Positions 9,245 through 18,383 of a stretch of DNA of 64,000 bases are shown one piece after another. The translations under genes and the position numbers were made by a program. The notes beneath the pieces are model-generated. The model did not search any database, was not told the origin of the DNA, and saw nothing but the letters and a program-made list of their open reading frames with translations. The number at the start of each line of letters is the position of its first letter. Position 1 is the stretch's first letter. Source of the stretch: Escherichia phage APCEc01; the sequence record NC_029091.1. One strand, given 5' to 3'.

Positions 9245-9664
9245 ATGAATATTGTAAATCTCTCTACAGGTGATTACGTATATGTATCTGTTGCTTCTCG
9301 CTCTAAAGTTGCCGGGAAGTTGGTTGAAGTTCTTTCTGTGAGTGATCCGGTTTTTGGACGTAACGAAGTTAAAGTTCGAGATGTTAATGGTAACATTGGT
9401 TACGTCTCAAGTCAGTTTATTGAACCAGAAGAAAAAGCGTTCAAATGGAAACTGTGCAGGTCAGTTTTAGTTGTAAAAGACCATGAATTTACTATTGCTG
9501 CCGCAACTGATGGGTCTCCATGGACAACGAATCAAGTCGCTGGTTTTATTTCAGACCAATGGGTTGAAGATGGTGTTAAGCTTTATAACATCGTTTTCGC
9601 CGGACAGTTCATGGTAGTTCCTGAATTCCAAATCAAAGGATATAGCCAAGCATCTTTTGCATAA
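9245..9664 (+). CDS. hypothetical protein, member C of a tandem paralog family
   Basis: 139 aa; ASRSKVAGKLVEV, FKWKLC and GFISDQWVEDGVKLYNIVFAGQF. Confidence 0.6.
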   Translation: MNIVNLSTGDYVYVSVASRSKVAGKLVEVLSVSDPVFGRNEVKVRDVNGNIGYVSSQFIEPEEKAFKWKLCRSVLVVKDHEFTIAAATDGSPWTTNQVAGFISDQWVEDGVKLYNIVFAGQFMVVPEFQIKGYSQASFA

Positions 9665-9723
9665 AGTAGTTTACTTCTCCTCCGGTTTTGATATTATAAC
9701 CATATCAACCAGAGGAGAATAAT

Positions 9724-10248
9724 ATGTTAGTTTACCGCGTAGAACGTAGTTTTTGTACTCAACGTGAATCATTACCAGGAATTGCTATCGAAGACGGTAA
9801 AGCCGTCAGAATTTGGGAAACCTCTTGGAATAAAGAACCTCGCTCGCCATACGGTTGGTCGGGCACCGACAACTCTGAAGAAACATGGGAGTTCCTTAAT
9901 AAGCATGGAATACTCTCAGGTAACTTCTACCATCACGGCGACAACTATAATGTCCCTAATCGTCCTACAGTAAATGAAGACAAACTCCTTGAACAAAATA
10001 TCTTAAGATACTATAGAATTGAGCACACATTTGAATTGAACGAAGATTGGGCTCAAGGGTTCTATTTTGGATTTGAAAGTGTTGACGCGGTTTATGCATG
10101 GTTTGATGACCAGGTGGATGTTGAACTCTTGAAAGCTAAAGGATACTACATCGCGGTCTATGAAGCACCTGATTTCATCCTCGGAAGTTGTCAATTAATG
10201 TTTAGACGTTCATTGGCAGAACAAGTTGATTTTATTTTGCTAAAATGA
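9724..10248 (+). CDS. hypothetical protein
   Basis: 174 aa; own early promoter and RBS GAGGAG. Confidence 0.55.
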   Translation: MLVYRVERSFCTQRESLPGIAIEDGKAVRIWETSWNKEPRSPYGWSGTDNSEETWEFLNKHGILSGNFYHHGDNYNVPNRPTVNEDKLLEQNILRYYRIEHTFELNEDWAQGFYFGFESVDAVYAWFDDQVDVELLKAKGYYIAVYEAPDFILGSCQLMFRRSLAEQVDFILLK

Positions 10249-10305
10249 TGTACAACAACTATGGTCTATGATACTATAGACCTATCAAAACAAGAGGAGA
10301 ATATT

Positions 10306-10533
10306 ATGAAACGTCAAATCATTAAAAACGTAACTACTGATTCAAACATCGATGAGTTTGAAGATGTTCTGTTTAATCCTGATTTAGTTGTTGTACAGAA
10401 AAACTGGACCGAATTTTTATGCTACACTGAAGTGGTTTACGTTTACGAAAAACTCGGTGATGAAATGCCTATCTATGGTATCTTCCGTGAAATCACTGAA
10501 AACGGTACAACTTATTGGAAGGAAACTTACTAA
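10306..10533 (+). CDS. hypothetical small protein
   Basis: 75 aa from ATG 10306 with RBS GAGGAG; the track ATG at 10261 lies inside the promoter. Confidence 0.5.
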   Translation: MKRQIIKNVTTDSNIDEFEDVLFNPDLVVVQKNWTEFLCYTEVVYVYEKLGDEMPIYGIFREITENGTTYWKETY

Positions 10534-10943
10534 TGGCTAATAAATTCCGCGTTAACTCATGGTACCAATTTAAAGATAAACGTGCCCAAGAAGAGTTTAT
10601 TAAAGACCATACTGATAATGGGATTTACGCACGACGTCTTGGCATGGAACCATTTAAAGTATTAGATGTTGACCATCTTGGGCGTCCTACTAAAATTGTG
10701 ACATCTACTGGCATGGTTGGATACGCAACAGGCGGTGATATTCTTGATGAAAACTTTATCTGGCTCTCTACTAGTGAAGCAGAGTTTTTTGATGAAGTGG
10801 GAAATCCATATCAAGCGTCCGAAGAGCAAGATTCTGGTGAACTTGACGAATTGTCTGAATTTCCGGTGATGACAATTACTATCGAAAATAACGACCAGGC
10901 ATGGTCTTTGTATCAAATGTTGAAAGCACATTTTAAGGAATAA
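10533..10943 (+). CDS. hypothetical protein
   Basis: 136 aa from ATG 10533 (track start 10515 is TTG); acidic C-terminus. Confidence 0.5.
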   Translation: MANKFRVNSWYQFKDKRAQEEFIKDHTDNGIYARRLGMEPFKVLDVDHLGRPTKIVTSTGMVGYATGGDILDENFIWLSTSEAEFFDEVGNPYQASEEQDSGELDELSEFPVMTITIENNDQAWSLYQMLKAHFKE

Positions 10944-10945
10944 TA

Positions 10946-11125
10946 ATGCCGTTATACGACTATAAATGCCAATCTGAAGATTGCGGACATGAATATGAAA
11001 AAATTAAAAGGATTTCTGAACGAGAAAACGATGTTTGCCCTGAATGTCATCGTCTGTCTACTCGTCGGGTTTCTGCTCCTAAACATGTGAACGGTGGTTT
11101 TTACGACTTACTTAAGAAGGGTTAA
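10946..11125 (+). CDS. zinc-ribbon small protein (FmdB-like CxxC...CPxC)
   Basis: 59 aa MPLYDYKCQSEDCGHEYE...CPECH; below the track cut-off. Confidence 0.5.
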   Translation: MPLYDYKCQSEDCGHEYEKIKRISERENDVCPECHRLSTRRVSAPKHVNGGFYDLLKKG

Positions 11126-11127
11126 TT

Positions 11128-11553
11128 ATGGCTTTTAAAGGTTTTGAAGTTGGTAAGAAATATCGTATTATCAAAGGACAGGAAGATAATTTCTTGAGAA
11201 TTCTTAATACGACGGGTAAACATCTTAATACTAATCTGCATACTACTTTATTGTCCAAAGATTTTATTGTGGAAGAGATGATTGGTTATGGTGTTTCGGT
11301 TATTGCTGTAGAAGCCGTAGGCGATTATGGCCGAACTATTCATAGTATGCAAGGTGATATTCTGCTTTATGGTGCAGAATTTAAATTCTTTGAAGAAGTT
11401 CAGGAACCAGATACAGCTGTCGATTTCAAAAAAGGCTCTATAGAATTTGTTGATGGTTCGGTGATCGTATCAGGCGATGTGGTCATTACAGTTAAAAGTG
11501 AACAAGGGCGTTTGGCTGCAATTGATGCACTTCAGAAAATTAAATTTAAATAA
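11128..11553 (+). CDS. hypothetical protein (goF position)
   Basis: 141 aa immediately upstream of gene 39; size and position match T4 goF; no sequence confirmation. Confidence 0.4.
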   Translation: MAFKGFEVGKKYRIIKGQEDNFLRILNTTGKHLNTNLHTTLLSKDFIVEEMIGYGVSVIAVEAVGDYGRTIHSMQGDILLYGAEFKFFEEVQEPDTAVDFKKGSIEFVDGSVIVSGDVVITVKSEQGRLAAIDALQKIKFK

Positions 11554-11570
11554 GGGCTTCGGCCCTTTTT
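11554..11570 (+). terminator. rho-independent terminator
   Basis: GGGCTTCGGCCC hairpin plus TTTTT. Confidence 0.7.
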
Positions 11571-11594
11571 GCTTTAGATTTCGGATGATAGAAT
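11570..11594 (+). promoter_or_regulatory. MotA-dependent middle promoter candidate for gene 39
   Basis: Mot-box TGCTTTA, 12-nt spacer, TAGAAT; matches the T4 middle-promoter architecture. Confidence 0.5.
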
Positions 11595-11616
11595 ACCTTC
11601 ATAACGAGGAGACAAC

Positions 11617-13434
11617 ATGATTAAAAATGAAATTAAGGTATTGTCAGATGTAGAACATATTAAGAAACGTAGTGGTATGTATATTGGTTCTTCTGCTAAA
11701 GAAGCACATGAGCGTTTTTTGTTTGGTAAATATCAACAAGTTGAATATGTTCCTGGTCTGGTTAAATTAATCGATGAGATTATTGACAACTCGGTTGATG
11801 AAGCTATTCGTACATCATTTAAGTTTGCAAATAAAATTGATGTGCAAATTAAAAATAATCAAGTTTCGGTGGAAGATAACGGACGTGGTATTCCTCAAGG
11901 TTTAGTTACCGACCAAACAGGTGAACAAATTCCTGGGCCTGTAGCAGCCTGGACTATTCCAAAGGCTGGTGGTAACTTTGGTGATGACTCTGAACGCAAG
12001 ACTGGTGGTATGAACGGCGTCGGGAGTAGTTTAACTAATATCTTCTCTACGTTGTTTACAGGCATCACGTCAGATGGCGAAAATGAAATCACTGTTAACT
12101 GTTCAAACGGAATGGAAAACAAATCATGGTCTTCTAAGAAATCTAAAGGTAAAGGCACTAAAGTAATCTTCACTCCTGATTTCTCTTCATTTGAAGAGCA
12201 TAATTTATCTCAAATTTATTTAGATATTACTTTAGACCGACTTCAAACATTGGCAGTCGTTTATCCTGATATCAAGTTCACATTTAATGGTAAAAAGGTT
12301 GATGGTAATTTTAAACGATTTGCTAAACAATTTGGTGAAGATAACATCATTCAAGAAAATGATAAAGTCTCTATAGCATTCACAACATCACCAGATGGCT
12401 TCCGTCATTTAACTTATGTGAATAACATCCATACTAAAAATGGTGGTCATCATGTTGAATGTGTAATGGATGATATCTGCGAACATCTTTTGCCGGGTAT
12501 TAAAAAGAAATATAAGGGTATTGAAGTCACTAAAGCTCGTGTTAAAGAATGTCTCACAATGTTGATGTTTATTAGAGACATGAGCAACATGCGTTTTGAT
12601 TCTCAGACTAAAGAACGTTTAACGTCAACGTATGGTGATATTCGTAATCATATCCAATTAGATGCTAAGAAAATTGCTCAGGCACTTCTTAAAAACGAAG
12701 CCTTGATTATGCCTATTGTTGAAGCAGCATTAGCTCGTAAATTGGCAGCAGAAAAGGCTGCAGAAACTAAAGCAGCTAAAAAGGCAACTAAAGCTAAGGT
12801 TCATAAGCATATTAAAGCTAACCAATGTGGTAAAGATGCAGATACGACATTGTTTTTAACAGAAGGTGATTCGGCAATTGGTTATCTCATTGATGTTCGT
12901 GACCGTGAACTACACGGCGGATTCCCATTACGTGGTAAGGTGATGAATAGCTGGGGTATGTCATATGCTGATATGATGAAGAACAAAGAGCTCTTTGATA
13001 TCTGTGCTATCACGGGTCTTATTCTTGGTGAAAAGGCAGAGAATACGAACTATCGTAATATTGCAATTATGACCGATGCCGATCATGACGGTCTTGGAAG
13101 TATCTATCCGGCTTTGCTTGCTTTCTTTAGTAATTGGCCTGAATTGTTTGAACAAGGACGTATTCGCTTTGTTAAAACACCTGTAATTATTGCACAAATT
13201 GGCAAAGCTCAAAAATGGTTTTATACTGTAGCTGAGTATGAAGAAGTTAAAGATACACTGCCTAAGCATAGTATTCGATACATCAAGGGATTAGGCTCCC
13301 TTGAAAAGTCAGAATATCGTGAAATGATTCAGAACCCTGTGTACGACGTAGTTAAACTTCCTGAAAATTGGAAAGAACTCTTTGAAATGTTGATGGGTGA
13401 TGATTCAGAACTTCGTAAAGAATGGATGTCCTAA
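11617..13434 (+). CDS. 39: DNA topoisomerase II large subunit (GyrB-like ATPase), unsplit 39/60
   Basis: 605 aa; IIDNSVDEA GHKL motif; one continuous ORF covering what T4 splits into genes 39 and 60. Confidence 0.9.
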   Translation: MIKNEIKVLSDVEHIKKRSGMYIGSSAKEAHERFLFGKYQQVEYVPGLVKLIDEIIDNSVDEAIRTSFKFANKIDVQIKNNQVSVEDNGRGIPQGLVTDQTGEQIPGPVAAWTIPKAGGNFGDDSERKTGGMNGVGSSLTNIFSTLFTGITSDGENEITVNCSNGMENKSWSSKKSKGKGTKVIFTPDFSSFEEHNLSQIYLDITLDRLQTLAVVYPDIKFTFNGKKVDGNFKRFAKQFGEDNIIQENDKVSIAFTTSPDGFRHLTYVNNIHTKNGGHHVECVMDDICEHLLPGIKKKYKGIEVTKARVKECLTMLMFIRDMSNMRFDSQTKERLTSTYGDIRNHIQLDAKKIAQALLKNEALIMPIVEAALARKLAAEKAAETKAAKKATKAKVHKHIKANQCGKDADTTLFLTEGDSAIGYLIDVRDRELHGGFPLRGKVMNSWGMSYADMMKNKELFDICAITGLILGEKAENTNYRNIAIMTDADHDGLGSIYPALLAFFSNWPELFEQGRIRFVKTPVIIAQIGKAQKWFYTVAEYEEVKDTLPKHSIRYIKGLGSLEKSEYREMIQNPVYDVVKLPENWKELFEMLMGDDSELRKEWMS

Positions 13435-13449
13435 GCTCCTTCGGGAGCT
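13434..13449 (+). terminator. hairpin after gene 39
   Basis: AGCTCCTTCGGGAGCT hairpin followed by a U-rich tract. Confidence 0.5.
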
Positions 13450-13476
13450 TCATTTTAATTTTAATAAGGCTTAATT

Positions 13477-14577
13477 ATGAAAGTTATGTTTATCCCATCT
13501 CGTGCAGTCCCATTTAACCCAGAACGTGTACAAGGTGGTCTTGAAGCAGTACATTTAAATGTGTTGAAATATCTTGTGTCCATCGGTGCCGATATTGATT
13601 ATATTGGTTTTGATAATGACACATTTGGTGATTGGAAAGTTAATCATCATCCTGTTGGTCATCTGACTAAATTCAGTCTAGGTATGAGTTATACTATGGC
13701 TCGTAAGATTGTTGAACTAGCCGGCATCCATGAATACGATTTTGTTGTTACTATGGAACCGACTAAACTAACCGTTCAGGCAATTAAAGACGCAGGTCTC
13801 TCTAAAGTTCATAAGAATTTTATGGCAACACCATTTGAACCGGTATCTCGTGGCATTGTTCAAATTTGGGACCAGACTATTCAAATTCATAAGAATGGTG
13901 GTAAGAGTTATGCTCCTACTAAAGCCTTCCGTGAATTTGAACGTAAATATTGTTATATGACTTCAGGTCTGACTGACAAAATTGATTATGATTATTGGCG
14001 AGCAAATCCTTTGTTTGAAGCCGAAGATTATCCGGTTATTTGTTTGACTGAAAAGCCAGAAGTTCTTCCGGCGACGGATCTGATTATTAGTGCACAACGT
14101 TATGACACTAAAATGCGTCGTACTGATGTTGCTCTTGAAGCGATTAAAGCACTAGGCGAAAATGGTGCAGGATACTGTCCAAGCAAATGGGCGCCACCGG
14201 CTAAATATCCTGTTATTATTGATGCTCCACACAGTGAAATTATGGAACGTCTTAAAACAGCTAAAGCACTTATTAATACGTGTCCTGACACAGGTACGGT
14301 AGAGAATAGTTCTATTGAAGCCATCTCTAAAGGTGTCCCTGTAATCCAGTTAGTTTTTAAGGATTATCCTCATGCGACATTTGAATACGACCCAGATACT
14401 GTGCGTGTAGAAATTGATTCCTCTACTCCTAAGAAAGAAGTAGTTGCGCTTTACACAAAAGCTGTATTAGAATTCACTGACACATACGAAGCTCGAGTTA
14501 AACGTGCTGAAGCAGTATGGAAGAAGTATAACCGAGATGCAGTTGTTGCGATGTGGGATAAAATCTTCACAGCGTAA
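13477..14577 (+). CDS. putative glycosyltransferase (GT-B-like), candidate DNA hmC sugar transferase
   Basis: 366 aa; GT4-like N-terminus MKVMFIPS...GGLEAV; C-terminal ENSSIEAISKGVPVIQ resembles the GT-B donor-binding EAMAxGxPVV motif; lies between gene 39 and rIIA.1. Confidence 0.5.
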   Translation: MKVMFIPSRAVPFNPERVQGGLEAVHLNVLKYLVSIGADIDYIGFDNDTFGDWKVNHHPVGHLTKFSLGMSYTMARKIVELAGIHEYDFVVTMEPTKLTVQAIKDAGLSKVHKNFMATPFEPVSRGIVQIWDQTIQIHKNGGKSYAPTKAFREFERKYCYMTSGLTDKIDYDYWRANPLFEAEDYPVICLTEKPEVLPATDLIISAQRYDTKMRRTDVALEAIKALGENGAGYCPSKWAPPAKYPVIIDAPHSEIMERLKTAKALINTCPDTGTVENSSIEAISKGVPVIQLVFKDYPHATFEYDPDTVRVEIDSSTPKKEVVALYTKAVLEFTDTYEARVKRAEAVWKKYNRDAVVAMWDKIFTA

Positions 14578-14669
14578 ATCCTGAATAGCCTGAGGCACTA
14601 TTACACATAAGATGATAGATTATATGGTCTTTAGTAATAGTGCCCTAGGAATCTACTGAAGAGAATATT

Positions 14670-14870
14670 ATGAGAACATATAACGTGGACTTGGAACTTT
14701 TTGATAAAGCAGTGCTCCGGGAATTCCGGCTTATCCAAAGATTTTTTGATATCGAATCAGCAGAGTCCTTTAAAGAACGCTTTAAAGAAATTCGATATAA
14801 AATACAAACCGATACAGCTACTAAAGAAGAACTTCTTGAAGTAGCAGAAATTTTTAAACGTAACTTGTGA
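14670..14870 (+). CDS. rIIA.1-like small protein
   Basis: 66 aa immediately upstream of rIIA. Confidence 0.5.
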   Translation: MRTYNVDLELFDKAVLREFRLIQRFFDIESAESFKERFKEIRYKIQTDTATKEELLEVAEIFKRNL

Positions 14871-14882
14871 TGAGAGAAAAAT

Positions 14883-17096
14883 ATGATTATTGAAACGGCT
14901 AAAGAAACGATTATTGGTTCAGGCGGTAAGAGCACAGCATTCACTATTCAAGGCAATAGCAAAGTTTATAAGATTTTGTCTAATGACCTTTATACAAACA
15001 AAGAATTGGCTTGTGTACGTGAATTAATCACAAACTGTATCGATGGACAAATTCTTAATGGTTGCACTGATAAGTTTATTGTTCAGGCTCCAGGTCGTTT
15101 AGACCCACGTTTTGTAGTTCGAGACTTTGGTCCTGGTATGAGTGATTTCACCATTCGAGGTAATGACGAAGAGCCAGGAATCTATAACTCATATTTTGCT
15201 TCAACTAAAACATCGAGTAACGATTTCATTGGTGGATTCGGACTCGGCTCTAAAGCTCCATTAGCATATACCGATACGTTTAACCTTACGTCTTATCACA
15301 ACGGTGAAGTTCGTGGTTACGTAATCTACCAAGATGACACGGGTCCACAGATTAAGCCAACCTTCGTAGATAAGATGGGTCCTGATGACCGTACGGGTGT
15401 AGAAGTAGTTGTACCGGTTAACCCGGAAGATTTTGAAAAGTTCGCATCCGAAATTGCTTATGTTATGCGTCCTCTAGGTGATATTGCAGAAGTTCGTGGT
15501 GTTAAAGATATTAAATACTTTCCTGAATTTGATGATGTGTATTTGGCCAAGGAAGCTCCATGGGGTGAACGTGGTAATATCATGGCTGTTTATGGTGGTA
15601 TTGTATATCCAATCGGAAGTGTTATTAAAGAACAAACATGGATGATGACGCGATGCACTACAGCTTATATTAAATTCCCTATGGGTGAACTAGATGTAGC
15701 CCCGTCTCGTGAAGCATTGTCATTTGATAAACGTACAGTAGCAAATATCCATAAACGCGTTGCAGAAATCGATGCTAAATTGTTCGCTGAAGATTCTAAG
15801 AAATGGATTGATTGTAAATACCCACGTCATGTGTTCCGTGAAATTGATTCTCTTGGCTATACCGCTCGTAAATACATGGAAAAGGCTGGGTCTAATATTG
15901 AATCACTGAAATACTCTAAAGAACAACTAACTTATTCCGAGTTGTACAAACGTTTTAAAATGGGACCCGAATGGTGCAACCTTGGTGTTGTATATGATAT
16001 CGTTTCAGACCCACGACTTCGTCGTATTCGTGAAAGTGGTAGCTCATCGGCAACTATTTCAATTAACAGTCTGATTGGTATTAACATTAAAAACGTTGAA
16101 ATTGTTATTGACGACGTTAAGGGACGCGTTCCATTAATGCGAGCTCTTAATTCAATTGAAATGACTAAAGACGAGGTTAAATTAACCGGTAAAGTTCCAC
16201 GCGGTTTTGGTAAAAGCGTACTATTCGTTGACCCTACAGACGAAGATGCAATGAAACTTCTGGAACGCCTTAAAGTTATCTTTGATGGCGACAACATTAA
16301 CATGTACAAGACTTCAGAGCTTTTACAAATCGTTAAGCCATGGATTGAAGTCAAGACTCGTTCTAATGGGCCTCGTCCTAAATCCCCAAGTGCTCATCGG
16401 TTCTTTAAGAATGAAAACGATGTTTGGGTATCAGAAGATCTCTTTATTCCGGCAAGTGAAGCAGATGAAATCCAAGGTTATGCTATAGTTCGTAATCGTT
16501 CTAATGCTGAATGTCTTGACGCAGATAAAGGTTGGTTGAACTATGACTCCAATTTCTTGACCCGTATTGCTGATTTGTCAGGTATTAAAGAGTTCACTGT
16601 AGTCCGTCCACAGATTGCTAAGAAAGTTCGTAAACTTGGTGAAGTAGAATGCTTGTTCGAAAAATCAATTAACGACTATATTACGCTAATCGATAAAGTA
16701 GATTATGATGAGTATGTATCACCAAGTCGTAGAGCACAGCCCTATCTAAACCATATTACTCGTAACGAAGAGCTTAACTTCCTTAGTAAGTATTTTAGCT
16801 CTAAGAACAAAGAAATCAGTAAAGACTTTGCAAAACTCTCCACAGTAAATAATCGCTGGGGATGGAATCGATTCGCAGGTGCTACTAATACAGACCTGAA
16901 TAAGAAGTTAGAATTGTGTGCTAAAATTTTCGATAAGCTTAAAGATAATGCTTACGATAATGATGATAAAATGGTTATTGAATTCGAAACCAATTATCAT
17001 ATTGTGACAGAATACATGGGACGACGTGGTACTCTTTCCAAAGAACAGGTCGCTCAAATCGTTAAATTCATGAAGGCCGTGGAAGCGGCCAAATAA
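14883..17096 (+). CDS. rIIA: rIIA protein
   Basis: 737 aa; size and position match T4 rIIA (725 aa). Confidence 0.85.
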   Translation: MIIETAKETIIGSGGKSTAFTIQGNSKVYKILSNDLYTNKELACVRELITNCIDGQILNGCTDKFIVQAPGRLDPRFVVRDFGPGMSDFTIRGNDEEPGIYNSYFASTKTSSNDFIGGFGLGSKAPLAYTDTFNLTSYHNGEVRGYVIYQDDTGPQIKPTFVDKMGPDDRTGVEVVVPVNPEDFEKFASEIAYVMRPLGDIAEVRGVKDIKYFPEFDDVYLAKEAPWGERGNIMAVYGGIVYPIGSVIKEQTWMMTRCTTAYIKFPMGELDVAPSREALSFDKRTVANIHKRVAEIDAKLFAEDSKKWIDCKYPRHVFREIDSLGYTARKYMEKAGSNIESLKYSKEQLTYSELYKRFKMGPEWCNLGVVYDIVSDPRLRRIRESGSSSATISINSLIGINIKNVEIVIDDVKGRVPLMRALNSIEMTKDEVKLTGKVPRGFGKSVLFVDPTDEDAMKLLERLKVIFDGDNINMYKTSELLQIVKPWIEVKTRSNGPRPKSPSAHRFFKNENDVWVSEDLFIPASEADEIQGYAIVRNRSNAECLDADKGWLNYDSNFLTRIADLSGIKEFTVVRPQIAKKVRKLGEVECLFEKSINDYITLIDKVDYDEYVSPSRRAQPYLNHITRNEELNFLSKYFSSKNKEISKDFAKLSTVNNRWGWNRFAGATNTDLNKKLELCAKIFDKLKDNAYDNDDKMVIEFETNYHIVTEYMGRRGTLSKEQVAQIVKFMKAVEAAK

Positions 17097-17105
17097 GGAA
17101 ACATT

Positions 17106-18053
17106 ATGTACAATATCAAATGCTTGTCCCAAGAAGAACAGTTAGAAGCTTACGGCCTGGTTGAATCAGGCAAATGGACTCGTAAAGAAATTGCCGATTA
17201 CTTCGACATTTCAACAGATACTCTTCGTAAGATTGTTAAGAATTTTAAAGCAGAAGGCGTTGCCCCTGAAGCAAACGATGCCTCTTATGTAATCGAAGAA
17301 GTTCCAGAAAATGATGAACCTATTATCGGCGGACATCGTCCTGAAATCGTATGGAACGCGTCATCTAAATTTATTTCAATTATTGAAGGACGCGTAGCAT
17401 ACAATGCGACTCCATCAAGTCATGCAAATTTTGAAGAAATTAAAGCTAATCTGGTCGCAGGAAACCTTAGTAAAGCTGTCGAACTTATTAACATCAAGAA
17501 AGCTATTACTAAGTTTGTTGATGGTAATGTTACTATTGAAGGTGGTAGTTTATTTTATCAAGGTATAGAGATTCGTTCAGGGCTGGTTAACCGTATTATT
17601 GATTCTATGGAAAAAGGTGAAGACTTTAAATTCTATCTGCCATTCCTTGAAAACCTGTTAGAAAACCCAAGCGAAAAAGCTGTACAACGTTTATTCGACT
17701 TCTTGGTTGCAAACGATATTGAAATCACTGAAGATGGTCATTTCTATGCGTGGAAAGTAGTTCGTAAGGACTATTTAGACTGCTATAGTGGTACATTTGA
17801 TAACTCCCCAGGTAAAGTTGTTTCAATGCCTCGTACTCGAGTTAACGACGATGATACTCAAACCTGTTCTCGCGGTCTCCATGTTTGTGCTAAATCTTAT
17901 ATTCGCCACTTTGGTTCAAGCTCAGATAAAGTTGTGAAAGTTAAAGTTCATCCACGTGATGTTGTATCCATCCCAGTTGACTATGGTGATGCTAAGATGC
18001 GTACTTGTCGTTACGAAGTAATTTCAGACGTTACTGAATTATTTGCAGAATAA
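17106..18053 (+). CDS. rIIB: rIIB protein
   Basis: 315 aa directly after rIIA; matches T4 rIIB (312 aa). Confidence 0.85.
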   Translation: MYNIKCLSQEEQLEAYGLVESGKWTRKEIADYFDISTDTLRKIVKNFKAEGVAPEANDASYVIEEVPENDEPIIGGHRPEIVWNASSKFISIIEGRVAYNATPSSHANFEEIKANLVAGNLSKAVELINIKKAITKFVDGNVTIEGGSLFYQGIEIRSGLVNRIIDSMEKGEDFKFYLPFLENLLENPSEKAVQRLFDFLVANDIEITEDGHFYAWKVVRKDYLDCYSGTFDNSPGKVVSMPRTRVNDDDTQTCSRGLHVCAKSYIRHFGSSSDKVVKVKVHPRDVVSIPVDYGDAKMRTCRYEVISDVTELFAE

Positions 18054-18058
18054 TAATT

Positions 18059-18082
18059 GGGGACTTCGGTCCCCTTTTTTTC
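18059..18082 (+). terminator. rho-independent terminator after rIIB
   Basis: GGGGACTTCGGTCCCC plus T-run. Confidence 0.75.
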
Positions 18083-18095
18083 TTTAGGGGTAAAC

Positions 18096-18383
18096 ATGAT
18101 TCATCCATTTGACGTATCAGAATCCAAAATCGCTAATCTTCGTGGCCATCATAAATGTAAATCAGTGTATTGCGCTAAATTGGTAAAACACCCGGGCGAT
18201 GCACACTACGGCTGGTTAGAATGCGACGAAGTTGTTATTGAAATTCCGCCGGTAGATGCAGAATATCTTGAAGAAGGTGACCGCATTTATTTTGGCGAAC
18301 TACACATCAGAGGTATCTATGGTAAAGACGAACTTGGGACTGTTGAGGCTGAAGAGTCTTCCGACATTTATCCTGTCGAATGA
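18096..18383 (+). CDS. hypothetical Cys-rich small protein
   Basis: 95 aa from ATG 18096 (track start 18057 is TTG, inside the terminator); HHKCKSVYC...CDE. Confidence 0.45.
   Translation: MIHPFDVSESKIANLRGHHKCKSVYCAKLVKHPGDAHYGWLECDEVVIEIPPVDAEYLEEGDRIYFGELHIRGIYGKDELGTVEAEESSDIYPVE

Noticed and set aside
10261-10305. ORF-track start codons lying inside promoter cassettes or terminator hairpins (for example 10261, 38966, 46435, 54417, 60913)
   Set aside because: These are in-frame ATG/GTG/TTG triplets within the GTTTAC...TATAAT promoter or hairpin sequence. The real starts are the downstream ATGs preceded by GAGGA-type ribosome-binding sites.
15932-16354. Antisense ORFs inside large genes (for example 15932-16354 in rIIA, 59202-59665 in alt, 31854-32090 and 34155-34412 in gene 34, 45353-45877 in gene 63)
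   Set aside because: They lie entirely within well-supported genes on the opposite strand, lack ribosome-binding sites and have low-complexity translations; typical spurious ORFs.
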